Shown: positions 25,697 through 34,184 of the stretch, piece after piece
Layout of the letters: each line of letters begins with the position of its first letter
Position numbering within the stretch: the stretch's first letter is position 1
Origin: Dehalococcoidia bacterium
GTDB taxonomy: Bacteria; Chloroflexota; Dehalococcoidia; Lucifugimonadales; GCA-2712585
Length of the DNA: 64,000 nt
Direction: 5' to 3'
NCBI GenBank assembly: GCA_965207845.1
Contig: CBDBNU010000002.1
Coordinates: 720,323 to 784,322, forward strand
The notes under the pieces: model-generated
What the model saw: the letters and a program-made list of their open reading frames with translations, nothing else
The model's database searches: none
What the model was told of the DNA's origin: nothing
Program-made: the position numbers and the translations under genes

Positions 25697-26980
25697 CTAA
25701 CGGTCACGCGCTACCCAGAAGTCATCAGCCTTCTTGTCAAACTTTCCATTTCCTGCCCTATCGTCGAGCCACACCCAGAACTTGTTCAGCCACCTCCACC
25801 GGAAGTTTCGGATAACAAAACGAGGAATGGCGTATATCCTGCGGGGCGGCTTAGTCCATGCACACATGCGGACGCAGGTGCTGCAGGTAGTCCCGACGCG
25901 GTTCTGGAAGGTCATACACTTCTTTGCATCTACCTTCCAAGAAAGTACGCCGGTTGAATTGTGCTCGTTTAAGGCCTCCAAACTTCGGTTCCCGGTTGTG
26001 ATGGCTTTCGTTCCACACTTCGGGACGCATTTCAGACATGCGTTGCAGAACTCTGTGATACCGGAGTCCACCGCGCCTGCGAATTCCAGCGGAAGGTCGG
26101 TGAAGATCTTGGAAATGCGGCAGCGTGCCCCCACCTTTGGGTTGATTAAAAGGCCATGCCTCCCTAGCTGGCCGAGGCCAGCATCGACAGCCAGGGGAAT
26201 GCTTAAGGCAGTGTCATTAGCCGCGGGAATGGCGTTATACCCCATACCTCGTATGAACTCAGCCATCATCCATAGGGTCGGAGCCATCCGGGCATATGCT
26301 AGTGTGCTGAGTCCTTCAGTAAGGAGGGACGGCGCGTGCTCAGTGCCATCTATGTCCTTGCCCCACTCGTGGAGCATCACCACCACATATTTCATTTCCT
26401 TCGGTATGACCCGAGTCCCATCTCCCAGGCGAATGGGCTGGCTGTGCTCTTCATAACCGGGTTCGTCAGAGAACTTGATGGGGTAGTCCTTCTTCGTCTC
26501 CTCATCAAAGTAATGGGAATACACCCAGCGACGGTCCAACTCAGCGAAGCCTACCTGGTCCGCTCCAAGCACTTGGGCGGCCTTGCGCACAATCTGAGAA
26601 GCTTCTTTGGGCGAAAATTCCGGTCGACCAGTAGGCGCGGGCTCAACCTTGGTTTGCCATGCAGTAGCTCTGGAATCCGCCTGATTCTTTGAGAAGCCCA
26701 TAATCGATAGGAGGGAATCTGCTGCAGAGTCCAAGCCCCAGGCGGGGGCCTCGAAACCGGCGCGTCCCTTCTCCGAAAGCTGTCTCTGCTTGTCCTTTAA
26801 CTTCGCTCGTTCATTCTCGAGGTGAGCATCCCAAACCATCTGCGAGCCTATATGATCTTTCTGATTGAACCGCACGTACGAATCTTGCACTCTGTACATT
26901 TCGGCGGCCGTCACCCGCCCATTCGCGTTAGAATTCTTTTCCGACTGAGATTTGGCGTGACGCCTCAGCTTAAGTTTCAT
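25697..26980 (-). CDS. rdhA: Reductive dehalogenase homologue (RdhA-like), no Tat signal
   Basis: C-terminal Fe-S motifs FCNACLKCVPKCG (CxxCxxCxxxC) and C-x10-CSTCVRMCAW. The central region ...NAIPAANDTALSIPLAVDAGLGQLGRHGLLINPKVGARCRISKIFTDLPL is typical of RdhA. The N-terminus MKLKLRRHAKSQ lacks RRxFLK. Confidence 0.75.
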   Translation of the reverse strand: MKLKLRRHAKSQSEKNSNANGRVTAAEMYRVQDSYVRFNQKDHIGSQMVWDAHLENERAKLKDKQRQLSEKGRAGFEAPAWGLDSAADSLLSIMGFSKNQADSRATAWQTKVEPAPTGRPEFSPKEASQIVRKAAQVLGADQVGFAELDRRWVYSHYFDEETKKDYPIKFSDEPGYEEHSQPIRLGDGTRVIPKEMKYVVVMLHEWGKDIDGTEHAPSLLTEGLSTLAYARMAPTLWMMAEFIRGMGYNAIPAANDTALSIPLAVDAGLGQLGRHGLLINPKVGARCRISKIFTDLPLEFAGAVDSGITEFCNACLKCVPKCGTKAITTGNRSLEALNEHNSTGVLSWKVDAKKCMTFQNRVGTTCSTCVRMCAWTKPPRRIYAIPRFVIRNFRWRWLNKFWVWLDDRAGNGKFDKKADDFWVARDR

Positions 26981-27113
26981 GCCACGATTCCTCCTAGCAG
27001 TTAAGGCTTATCACATTCCGGGGTCTGTTCCGCTGTTTTGAAAGCATCCCGGCAACCAAGAATTCAGCCCCACGGTCCTTGAAGACAATTTGGCGTTTGC
27101 CAGCAGAATTTGA

Positions 27114-27185
27114 TGGGCCCGGCAGGGTTCGAACCTACGACCAACCGGTTATGAGCCGGCCGCTCTACCACTGAGCTACGGGCCC
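27114..27185 (-). tRNA. tRNA-Met (anticodon CAT; could alternatively be the lysidine-modified tRNA-Ile2)
   Basis: Minus strand: GGGCCCG TA GCTC AGTGGTA GAGC G GCCGG CTCATAA CCGGT TGGTC GTAGG TTCGAAC CCTGC CGGGCCC A. All four arms pair, the T-loop is TTCGAAC, and CCA is not encoded. The G1-C72 pair and the weak anticodon stem argue against an initiator. Confidence 0.85.
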
Positions 27186-27309
27186 CACCCTTCTAGCCTA
27201 AGCATCCCCTCTGCCACTGTCAACAAATCCCACCCCGCCGACGCCCCTCCCCTTTACACCCAACAACCCGCTTGCTACCCTCATTCCACCTTCAAAATCA
27301 GGAGTAATC

Positions 27310-28650
27310 GTGACTTCCACCTCCCAGTCCGTCACCATGGACAAGGTCCTCTCCCTCGCCAAGCGACGCGGCTTCCTGTTCCAGAGCAGCGAAATCTACG
27401 GCGGCCTCAACGCCACCTGGGACTACGGCCCCCTCGGCGCCCAGCTCAAGCGCAACGTCAAGGACGCCTGGTGGCGCTCCATCCTCCAACATCGTGACGA
27501 CGTGGTCCCCTTCGACGCCGCCATCCTCATGCACCCCGACACATGGCAGGCCAGCGGCCACCTGGGCAGCTTCACCGACCCCCTCGTCGAGTGCCGCTCC
27601 TGCCATCAGCGCTTCCGCGCCGACCATATAGACTCCGACAACTGCCCTAACTGCCAGGGCGAGCTCACCGACCCTCGCCAGTTCAACCTCATGTTCAAGA
27701 CCTTCATGGGCGCCGTCGAAGACACTGCCTCGGAGATCTATCTCCGGCCGGAGACCGCCCAGGGCATCTACGTCAACTTCAAGAACGTCCTCTACACATC
27801 TCGCCGCAAGCTCCCATTCGGCATCGCCCAGATCGGCAAGGCCTTCCGCAACGAAATCACCCCCGGCAACTCCACCTTCCGCACCCGCGAATTCGAAATC
27901 ATGGAGTTGGAGTTCTTCGTCAAGCCCGGCTCCGACGACGACTGGCTTCATTACTGGACCGAGCAGCGTATGGACTGGTTCGTCTCCCTCGGTGTCGACC
28001 GCGACAACCTCCGCCTCCGCAAGCACGAGTCCGACGAACTCGCCCACTACGCCAAGGAGGTCTACGACATCGAGTACCGCTTCCCCTGGGGCTGGGCCGA
28101 GCTGGAGGGCATCGCCAATCGCACCGACTATGACCTGCGGCAGCACGCCGACCACAGCGGCCAGGACCTGACCTACTTCGACGACCAGGCGAAGGAGCGC
28201 TACTACCCATACGTCATCGAACCCTCCTGCGGCGCGGACCGGGCCGCCCTCGTCTTTCTCATCGACGCCTACCGGGAAGAAAAAATTCCTCCCAAGAAGC
28301 CCGGCGGCAAGATCGAGACCCGCAGCGTGTTGAAACTCGACCGCTCCCTCGCTCCTGTCACCGTCGCCGTGCTGCCCCTAAGCCGCAACGAGCGACTCGT
28401 CCCCACCGCCCGTCGCGTCCACGAGATTCTCCGCCAGCGCTTCAACACGATGTTCGACGACGCCCAGAGCATCGGACGCCGCTATCGTCGCCAGGACGAG
28501 ATCGGCACCCCCTTCTGCGTCACTGTGGACTTCGACACCATTGACGACGAACAGGTCACCCTGCGCGACCGGGACACCATGGCCCAGCTTCGCATCCCGG
28601 TCAGCCAGATAGTCGACGCCATAGAAGACAAGCTCCGCCACGGCTGGTAG
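27310..28650 (+). CDS. glyQS: Glycine--tRNA ligase (alpha2 dimeric type)
   Basis: ...MDKVLSLAKRRGFLFQSSEIYGGLNATWDYGPLGAQLKRNVKDAWW... is canonical GlyQS. GTG start 7 nt after AGGAG. Confidence 0.9.
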   Translation: MTSTSQSVTMDKVLSLAKRRGFLFQSSEIYGGLNATWDYGPLGAQLKRNVKDAWWRSILQHRDDVVPFDAAILMHPDTWQASGHLGSFTDPLVECRSCHQRFRADHIDSDNCPNCQGELTDPRQFNLMFKTFMGAVEDTASEIYLRPETAQGIYVNFKNVLYTSRRKLPFGIAQIGKAFRNEITPGNSTFRTREFEIMELEFFVKPGSDDDWLHYWTEQRMDWFVSLGVDRDNLRLRKHESDELAHYAKEVYDIEYRFPWGWAELEGIANRTDYDLRQHADHSGQDLTYFDDQAKERYYPYVIEPSCGADRAALVFLIDAYREEKIPPKKPGGKIETRSVLKLDRSLAPVTVAVLPLSRNERLVPTARRVHEILRQRFNTMFDDAQSIGRRYRRQDEIGTPFCVTVDFDTIDDEQVTLRDRDTMAQLRIPVSQIVDAIEDKLRHGW

Positions 28651-28741
28651 CCCATGCGCGTCATCCACTCGCATGTCATTCTGAGTGCAGCGAAGAATCC
28701 CGCTTCGCTTTGCGGTACGTAGCCCATGCGCGTTATCCACT
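28647..28741 (+). mobile_element. 72-bp mini-insertion at the glyQS/sbcD junction: 49-bp hairpin element flanked by a 23-bp direct duplication
   Basis: gtagcccatgcgcgtCatccact at 28647-28669 and gtagcccatgcgcgtTatccact at 28719-28741. The core between them, cgcatgtcattctgagtgcagcgaagaatcccgcttcgctttgcggtac, contains the GCGAAG/CTTCGC stem. Confidence 0.55.
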
Positions 28742-30006
28742 TTGCCGACCTCCACATAGGCGTCGAGAACTACAGCCGTACCGACCCTGAGACGGGCCTC
28801 TCCACCCGCCTGTTGGATTTCCTCAACGCCCTGGACCAGCTTGTCGAATACGCGTTAACCTACAAGGCCGACCTGGTCCTTCTTGCGGGCGACGCCTACA
28901 AGAGCCGTGACCCCAACCAGACCCAGCAGCGGGAGTTCGCCCGACGTCTTTCGAGACTCTCAGCCGCGGGCATCCCCGTCTTCCTCCTCGTCGGCAACCA
29001 CGACCTCCCCAATGCCATGGGCCGCGCCACCGCCATTGATATCTTCAACACCCTGGATGTCCCCCGCATCTACGTGGGCGACGAAATCAGTAACTATCTC
29101 ATCGATACACCATCCGGCCAGCTTCAGATAACCGCCCTGCCCTGGCCGAAGCGCAGCGCCCTTCTGACCCGCGACGATACCCGCGGCCTCTCCATCGAAA
29201 AGGTCAACGAACGACTCCAGGCCATCCTCACCCGGAAGATCCGCAGCCTTTCAGAAACGCTGAACCCCAACATACCTGCCATCCTTGCCGGTCACGTCAC
29301 GATAAACGGCGCGAAGCTTGGCTCTGAGCGAGCGATGATGCTGGGCCAGGACCACGCCCTCCGCCCCAGCGATCTTCACCTTCCCGCCTACGACTACATC
29401 GCCCTCGGCCACATCCACAAGCACCAGGTGGTGCGCGACAACCCCCTCATGGTCTACGCCGGCAGCCTCCAGCGCGTCGACTTCGGCGAGGAGAACGACG
29501 AAAAGGGCTTCTGCGTCATCGACTTCGACTCCCAACGTCCGCAGGGCCGCCGGGTTGCCTATTTCCGGTTCGAAGAGGTGGCCGCCCGCGTCTTCACCAC
29601 CATCGACGTCAACATGCCCGATGCAACCCCCAACCCCACCGGCGAAGTCCTGCGCGCCATCCGGCGAAGTCCCATCGCCGACGCCATCGTGCGTCTCCGC
29701 ATCACCCTCACCGCCGACCAGTCCGTTCAGCTGCGGATGGGCGAAATCCGGGAAGCGTTGGAACCCGCCCACCATCTGGCGTCCATCCAGACCCAGGTTT
29801 CCGACGAACGTCGCGCCCGCCTACCCGCCGACGCCGCCCGCACCCTCGACACCATCTCCGCCCTCACCCGCTACCTGGAAAGCCGCAACACGGACGCCCC
29901 CCGACGGGAGAAGCTCATCGCCTACGCCAAGGGCCTGATGGGGGACGATGTAGCCGATCGCATTCCCGACCGAGCCTCTTCCCTCCGGCCGGACGATGAG
30001 CCTTAA
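28726..30006 (+). CDS. sbcD: SbcD/Mre11-family DNA repair exonuclease (metallophosphoesterase)
   Basis: MRVIHFADLHIG, LLAGDAYKS, LVGNHDLP and ALGHIHKHQ are the calcineurin-like phosphoesterase motifs in SbcD order. Confidence 0.8.
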   Translation: MRVIHFADLHIGVENYSRTDPETGLSTRLLDFLNALDQLVEYALTYKADLVLLAGDAYKSRDPNQTQQREFARRLSRLSAAGIPVFLLVGNHDLPNAMGRATAIDIFNTLDVPRIYVGDEISNYLIDTPSGQLQITALPWPKRSALLTRDDTRGLSIEKVNERLQAILTRKIRSLSETLNPNIPAILAGHVTINGAKLGSERAMMLGQDHALRPSDLHLPAYDYIALGHIHKHQVVRDNPLMVYAGSLQRVDFGEENDEKGFCVIDFDSQRPQGRRVAYFRFEEVAARVFTTIDVNMPDATPNPTGEVLRAIRRSPIADAIVRLRITLTADQSVQLRMGEIREALEPAHHLASIQTQVSDERRARLPADAARTLDTISALTRYLESRNTDAPRREKLIAYAKGLMGDDVADRIPDRASSLRPDDEP

Positions 30007-30457
30007 CGACGTTCTTTTCCTCGTCATGCGTTGGCTGCACAACCTTGCCGCAGTGGCGTGGGTCGGCGGCGGCATCTACTATCTGCTCATCCTGCGCCCG
30101 CGCCTCCGCCGCTCCCCCGACGACACACCCAACCCAGGCCGCGACTACCTTTCGCTTGTCAACACCGCTTTTGGCGTCCTGCTGGTGACCGGCATCGTCC
30201 TCACCTTCCACCGCGTCACCTCCGGCTTCATCGGCGTTCCCTACGTCGTGGTGCTGGCTGTGAAAGTCCTCCTCGCTTTCAGCATGTTCTACCTGGTGAG
30301 GTTCCTCCCAAACCGCCAGCGTAAAGGCGCGGGACCCCCATCCCGCCGCTGGCTCCCCACCGTCTCCAACGCCACGTCCGTCGTCATTCTCGGGGTCATC
30401 GTCCTCCTCCTCGCCGACGTGCTAAGCTCCCTGTTCGAGCAGGGCCTCAGGGGCTGA
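29996..30457 (+). CDS. Integral membrane protein (hypothetical, 4 TM)
   Basis: 153-aa ORF overlapping the sbcD end by 11 nt. Hydrophobic helices WLHNLAAVAWVGGGIYYLLIL, AFGVLLVTGIVLTF and so on. Confidence 0.55.
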   Translation: MSLNDVLFLVMRWLHNLAAVAWVGGGIYYLLILRPRLRRSPDDTPNPGRDYLSLVNTAFGVLLVTGIVLTFHRVTSGFIGVPYVVVLAVKVLLAFSMFYLVRFLPNRQRKGAGPPSRRWLPTVSNATSVVILGVIVLLLADVLSSLFEQGLRG

Positions 30458-30500
30458 CCGCCACAATGACGCTGCTTCAGTTGGGGCCACTTCATCTTCG

Positions 30501-30539
30501 CCCTTCCCCCTTGATGGGGGAAGGTTCGGATGGGGGTGA
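30501..30539 (+). repeat. REP-like element, family B (copy 1)
   Basis: cccttccccc ttga tgggggaagg ttcggatgggggtga: a 9-bp hairpin plus a G-rich tail. Confidence 0.8.
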
Positions 30540-30575
30540 AGGACGAAAATCCACAAATCCCGAAGGGCAGACAAA

Positions 30576-30761
30576 ATGAGAAGAGAAATCATGGACATCC
30601 TCGCCTGCCCCCAGTGCAAGGGCCGGTTGGATCTGACGGTGGAAGAAGAGCGAGACGAGCGCATCATCACCGGCTCGCTGGAGTGCTCCGTCTGCCCCGA
30701 GACCTACCCCATCCGCGACGCCATCCCCAACCTCCTCCCTCCCCACCTGCGCGCTCTCTAG
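30576..30761 (+). CDS. Trm112 family protein
   Basis: MDILACPQCKGRLD...LECSVCPETYPIRDAIPNLL is the Trm112/UPF0434 zinc-ribbon-like pattern. Confidence 0.75.
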   Translation: MRREIMDILACPQCKGRLDLTVEEERDERIITGSLECSVCPETYPIRDAIPNLLPPHLRAL

Positions 30762-31297
30762 CCCCGGCTCTCTCCCGCCCCGGCCAAGTCCGGCGGCGGT
30801 GCGAACACCCGCACCCCTTCCCACCCCTGCACCCGCTCAGTGAGCTTCGTCATCGTCATCCCCAGCAGCGGATGCTCGAAGTCCGGCGCAATCTGCGCCA
30901 TAGGTATAAGCACAAAGGCCCGCTGCGGTATCCGGGGATGAGGCACAGTCAGATGCGGCAGGTTTACGATGCGACGCCCGTAGAAAAGCAAGTCCGCGTC
31001 GAACACCCGCGGCCCCCATTCAAAGGTAGCCCGCCGCCCCACCCTCTGCTCCGACTCTTTCAGAATCTCCAGCACCCCCTCCGGCGACTCCGACGTTTTT
31101 CCCTCGACGACGCAGTTCAGGAAAGCCGGCTGGTCCTCGAAACCCCACGGCTCAGTCTCATAGATAGACGATGACTGCACCAGCTCCAGACTCTCCCCCA
31201 AGACCCCCAGTCCCCGCTCCAGGTTCTCCATCCTGTCGCCCAGGTTGGATCCCAGACCCAGAAAGATCCTTACCCCACCCAACCCTGCGGCCTCCAT
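30758..31297 (-). CDS. folK: 2-amino-4-hydroxy-6-hydroxymethyldihydropteridine diphosphokinase
   Basis: ...IFLGLGSNLGDR...SSIYETEPWG...QPAFLN...GPRVFDADLL...LTVPHPR...RAFVLIPM are HPPK motifs. The start overlaps the folP end. Confidence 0.85.
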   Translation of the reverse strand: MEAAGLGGVRIFLGLGSNLGDRMENLERGLGVLGESLELVQSSSIYETEPWGFEDQPAFLNCVVEGKTSESPEGVLEILKESEQRVGRRATFEWGPRVFDADLLFYGRRIVNLPHLTVPHPRIPQRAFVLIPMAQIAPDFEHPLLGMTMTKLTERVQGWEGVRVFAPPPDLAGAGESRG

Positions 31298-32100
31298 CCC
31301 CGGACAATTGCGTCGCTCATCCGCGCCACCCGGACCATCTCCCGGACGTCGTGCACCCGCACAATGTCCGCGCCGCCCGCGATGGCGAGGGCCACCGTTG
31401 CCGCCGTACCCTCCAGCCGCTGCTTAACCGGAAGGTCCAGCACCAGACCTATCGTAGATTTTCGCGAAGTGCCCACCAGCAGCGGATACCCCAGCGCCTT
31501 CAATTCCCCCAGCCGGTTCAAAATCTGAAGGTTGTGGTCTGCCGTTTTTCCAAACCCGATACCAGGGTCAAGAATGATTTTTTCCCTCTGCACCCCCGCC
31601 GCCATCGCCGTCTCCGCGGACTGTCGCAGGCTGCTGATAACGTCCGGCACTACGTCGCTGTACTCCGTTCCTAACTGGTTGTGCATCAGCACCAACGGCA
31701 GGCATGACTCTGCCGCCACGTAAGCGATACCCTCGCCCACCCTTGGCCCCCAAACGTCGTTGAGCATCGCCGCTCCGAATTCCACCGCTCGGCGCGCCAC
31801 CTCGGGCTTGTAGGTGTCCGCACTCACCGGAATCGAAACGGCCTCGACTATCCCCTCCAACACCGGCAGCAGCCGCGACAGCTCCTCCTCCACCAACACC
31901 GGCGCGTGCCCCGGCCTCGTCGACTCCGCCCCCACGTCGATGATGTCCGCGCCCTCCGCCTCGAAGGCCAAAGCTTGCTCCACCGCGTCTCGCGTACGCC
32001 CCGCCAGCCCGTCGCCGGAGAACGAGTCCGGCGTCACGTTCACCACCCCCATCACATAGGTGCGGCTGCCCCATCGGAACTCCCGCCCCCCGCAAATCAT
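31270..32100 (-). CDS. folP: Dihydropteroate synthase
   Basis: Start at the ATG at 32100. ...YVMGVVNVTPDSFSGDG...GADIIDVGAESTRPG...LNDVWG...PGIGFGKT...LLVGTSRKS are canonical DHPS motifs. Confidence 0.85.
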   Translation of the reverse strand: MICGGREFRWGSRTYVMGVVNVTPDSFSGDGLAGRTRDAVEQALAFEAEGADIIDVGAESTRPGHAPVLVEEELSRLLPVLEGIVEAVSIPVSADTYKPEVARRAVEFGAAMLNDVWGPRVGEGIAYVAAESCLPLVLMHNQLGTEYSDVVPDVISSLRQSAETAMAAGVQREKIILDPGIGFGKTADHNLQILNRLGELKALGYPLLVGTSRKSTIGLVLDLPVKQRLEGTAATVALAIAGGADIVRVHDVREMVRVARMSDAIVRGWRPQGWVG

Positions 32101-32276
32101 GGCTGCCTTCGTACCTGTAGACTGTTCGCCCAAGTATGCTCTCCAATTCCTGCAATTCTTCCCGCCTGCTGTGTTAGACTTTCCCGCACGCAGGCCCCCG
32201 GCCAGTGTAGCACCCCGGCTGATTTTCTTGCACCACCCAACCCCATCTGATAGCATTCCCCAACCGAGAGACGCAC

Positions 32277-33839
32277 ATGGCCATTGAACACAAATCAGAC
32301 CAGCGGCTCAAGAAACTGGATGAGCTTCGCCACCAGTCCCGCCTTGGCGGCGGACGGCGACGCATCCAGGCCCAGCACGCCAAGGGCAAACTCACCGCCC
32401 GCGAGCGGCTGGAGCTGCTCTTCGACCCCGGCACCTTCGAAGAAGTCGACCCCTTCGCAACCCATCGCACCACCAGCTTCGGCCTGGACAAGAACCGCCC
32501 CCCCGGCGACGCTGTAGTCGCTGGCCACGGCAAAGTAAACGGCCGCCTCGTTTTCTCCTACGCCCAGGACTTCACCGTTCTCGGCGGTTCCGTCTCCGAG
32601 ACCGTCGGCAAGAAGATCTGCAAGGTCATGGACCTGGCCATGAAGGTCGGCGCGCCCGTCATCGGCATCAATGATTCCGGCGGCGCGCGCATCCAGGAGG
32701 GCGTCCTCAGCCTCGCGGCTTACGGCGACATCTTCCTCCGCAACACCATGGCCTCGGGCGTCGTTCCCCAGATATCCGTCATTCTCGGCCCCAGCGCGGG
32801 AGGCGCGGTCTACTCCCCCGGCATCACCGACTTCGTTTTCATGGTGCAGGGCGTGGGCCAGATGTACATCACCGGCCCCGACGTTATCCGGGCGGTCATG
32901 GGCGAAGAGGTCACCCACGAGGAGCTTGGCGGCGCGTCCGCCCACGCCGTTCAGAGCGGCGTGGCCCACTTCGTCTACGAGACCGAAGAGGAGTGCATGC
33001 TGGAGCTTCGACGCCTTCTCTCCTTCCTGCCAAGCAACAACATGGACGATCCCCCATACGGCGAAGCCTTCGATCCCGCTGACCGCACCGATCCGGGCAT
33101 CCTCGACGTTGTGCCCACTGAACCCAACAAGGCCTACGATGTTCGCGAGATCATGGCCCGCGTGGTGGATGATGGCGACCTCATGGAAGTCCACCAGAAC
33201 TTCGCTCCGAACATCGTCGTCGGGTTCGCCCGGATGGCGGGGAAGCCCGTCGGCCTCGTCGGCAACCAGCCCTCCCACCTCGCCGGGGTGCTGGACATCA
33301 ACGCCTCCGTCAAGGCCGCGCGCTTCATCCGCTTCTGCGACGCCTTCAACATCCCCATCGTCACCTTTATCGACGTTCCCGGCTTCCTTCCCGGCACCGA
33401 CCAGGAGCATGGCGGCATCATCCGCCACGGCGCGAAGCTCCTCTACGCCTACGCCGAGGCCACCGTGCCCAAGGTCAGCGTCATGATCCGCAAGGCCTAC
33501 GGCGGCGCCTACATCGTCATGAGCAGCAAGCATCTCCGAGGCGACATTAACCTTGCCTGGCCCACGGTCCAGATCGCCGTCATGGGGCCGGACGGAGCCG
33601 TCAACATCATCTTCCGGGAGGCCATCGCCAACGCCGCGGACCCCGAGAAGGCCAGGGCCGAATTCATCAAGGAGTACGAGGAAGAACTGGCGAATCCGTA
33701 CGTGGCGGCCGGTTTCGGGTTCCTGGACGACGTTATAGACCCCGCCGAGACCCGCCCCCGCATCATCGCTGCCCTGGAGATGCTGAAGGACAAGAAGGAC
33801 ACCCTCCCGCCGAAGAAACACGGGAACATCCCCCTCTGA
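32277..33839 (+). CDS. Acyl-CoA carboxylase carboxyltransferase (beta) subunit, propionyl-/methylmalonyl-CoA type
   Basis: ...[20 protein letters not shown]...[14 protein letters not shown]...DFTVLGGS...[13 protein letters not shown]... 520 aa, the PccB/AccD5/12S family layout. Confidence 0.9.
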   Translation: MAIEHKSDQRLKKLDELRHQSRLGGGRRRIQAQHAKGKLTARERLELLFDPGTFEEVDPFATHRTTSFGLDKNRPPGDAVVAGHGKVNGRLVFSYAQDFTVLGGSVSETVGKKICKVMDLAMKVGAPVIGINDSGGARIQEGVLSLAAYGDIFLRNTMASGVVPQISVILGPSAGGAVYSPGITDFVFMVQGVGQMYITGPDVIRAVMGEEVTHEELGGASAHAVQSGVAHFVYETEEECMLELRRLLSFLPSNNMDDPPYGEAFDPADRTDPGILDVVPTEPNKAYDVREIMARVVDDGDLMEVHQNFAPNIVVGFARMAGKPVGLVGNQPSHLAGVLDINASVKAARFIRFCDAFNIPIVTFIDVPGFLPGTDQEHGGIIRHGAKLLYAYAEATVPKVSVMIRKAYGGAYIVMSSKHLRGDINLAWPTVQIAVMGPDGAVNIIFREAIANAADPEKARAEFIKEYEEELANPYVAAGFGFLDDVIDPAETRPRIIAALEMLKDKKDTLPPKKHGNIPL

Positions 33840-33867
33840 CCCTTGCATAGCCGTCTTCTCCGCCCCT

Positions 33868-33911
33868 CTTGCCTCCTCTCCCGTCCTGGGAGAGGATTGA
33901 GGTGAGGGTGA
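33868..33911 (+). repeat. REP-like element, family A (copy 1)
   Basis: cttgcctcctctccc gtcc tgggagagg attgaggtgagggtga. Confidence 0.8.
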
Positions 33912-33951
33912 TTTGGGTGGTGGTGGGGCTGAACGGCGGGTTGTCCAAAGG

Positions 33952-33984
33952 TCTCCTTGAGGGAGAGGATTTAGGTGAGGGTGA
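33952..33984 (+). repeat. REP-like element, family A (degenerate half copy)
   Basis: tctccttgagggagaggatttaggtgagggtga. Confidence 0.6.
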
Positions 33985-34184
33985 AAGCACTCCCAACGCA
34001 ATCTACTGGACACCACCGGGCCCCTCTGAAATCCCGTCTTCACAGCAATAACCAAGTTACGCAAAGGTTTCAATAATGGGGGAAGGGGAAATAGGGGTGA
34101 TCCTCTCTTAACACTCACTCCCGGAGAATCCACCGGCCCGCCCCCTGCGTATCACTACCAGAATCTCCAAACAGGCGGAGGATT

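Noticed and set aside
26900-26980. Twin-arginine signal in the RdhA homologue (MKLKLRRHAK)
   Set aside because: The RR is not followed by the x-F-L-K consensus or by a hydrophobic h-region and cleavage site. The following sequence is polar (SQSEKNSNANGR).
27114-27185. Initiator tRNA-fMet assignment
   Set aside because: Positions 1-72 form a G-C pair rather than a mismatch, and the anticodon stem (GCCGG/CCGGT) lacks the three consecutive G-C pairs characteristic of bacterial initiators. Elongator Met or Ile2(CAT) is more likely.
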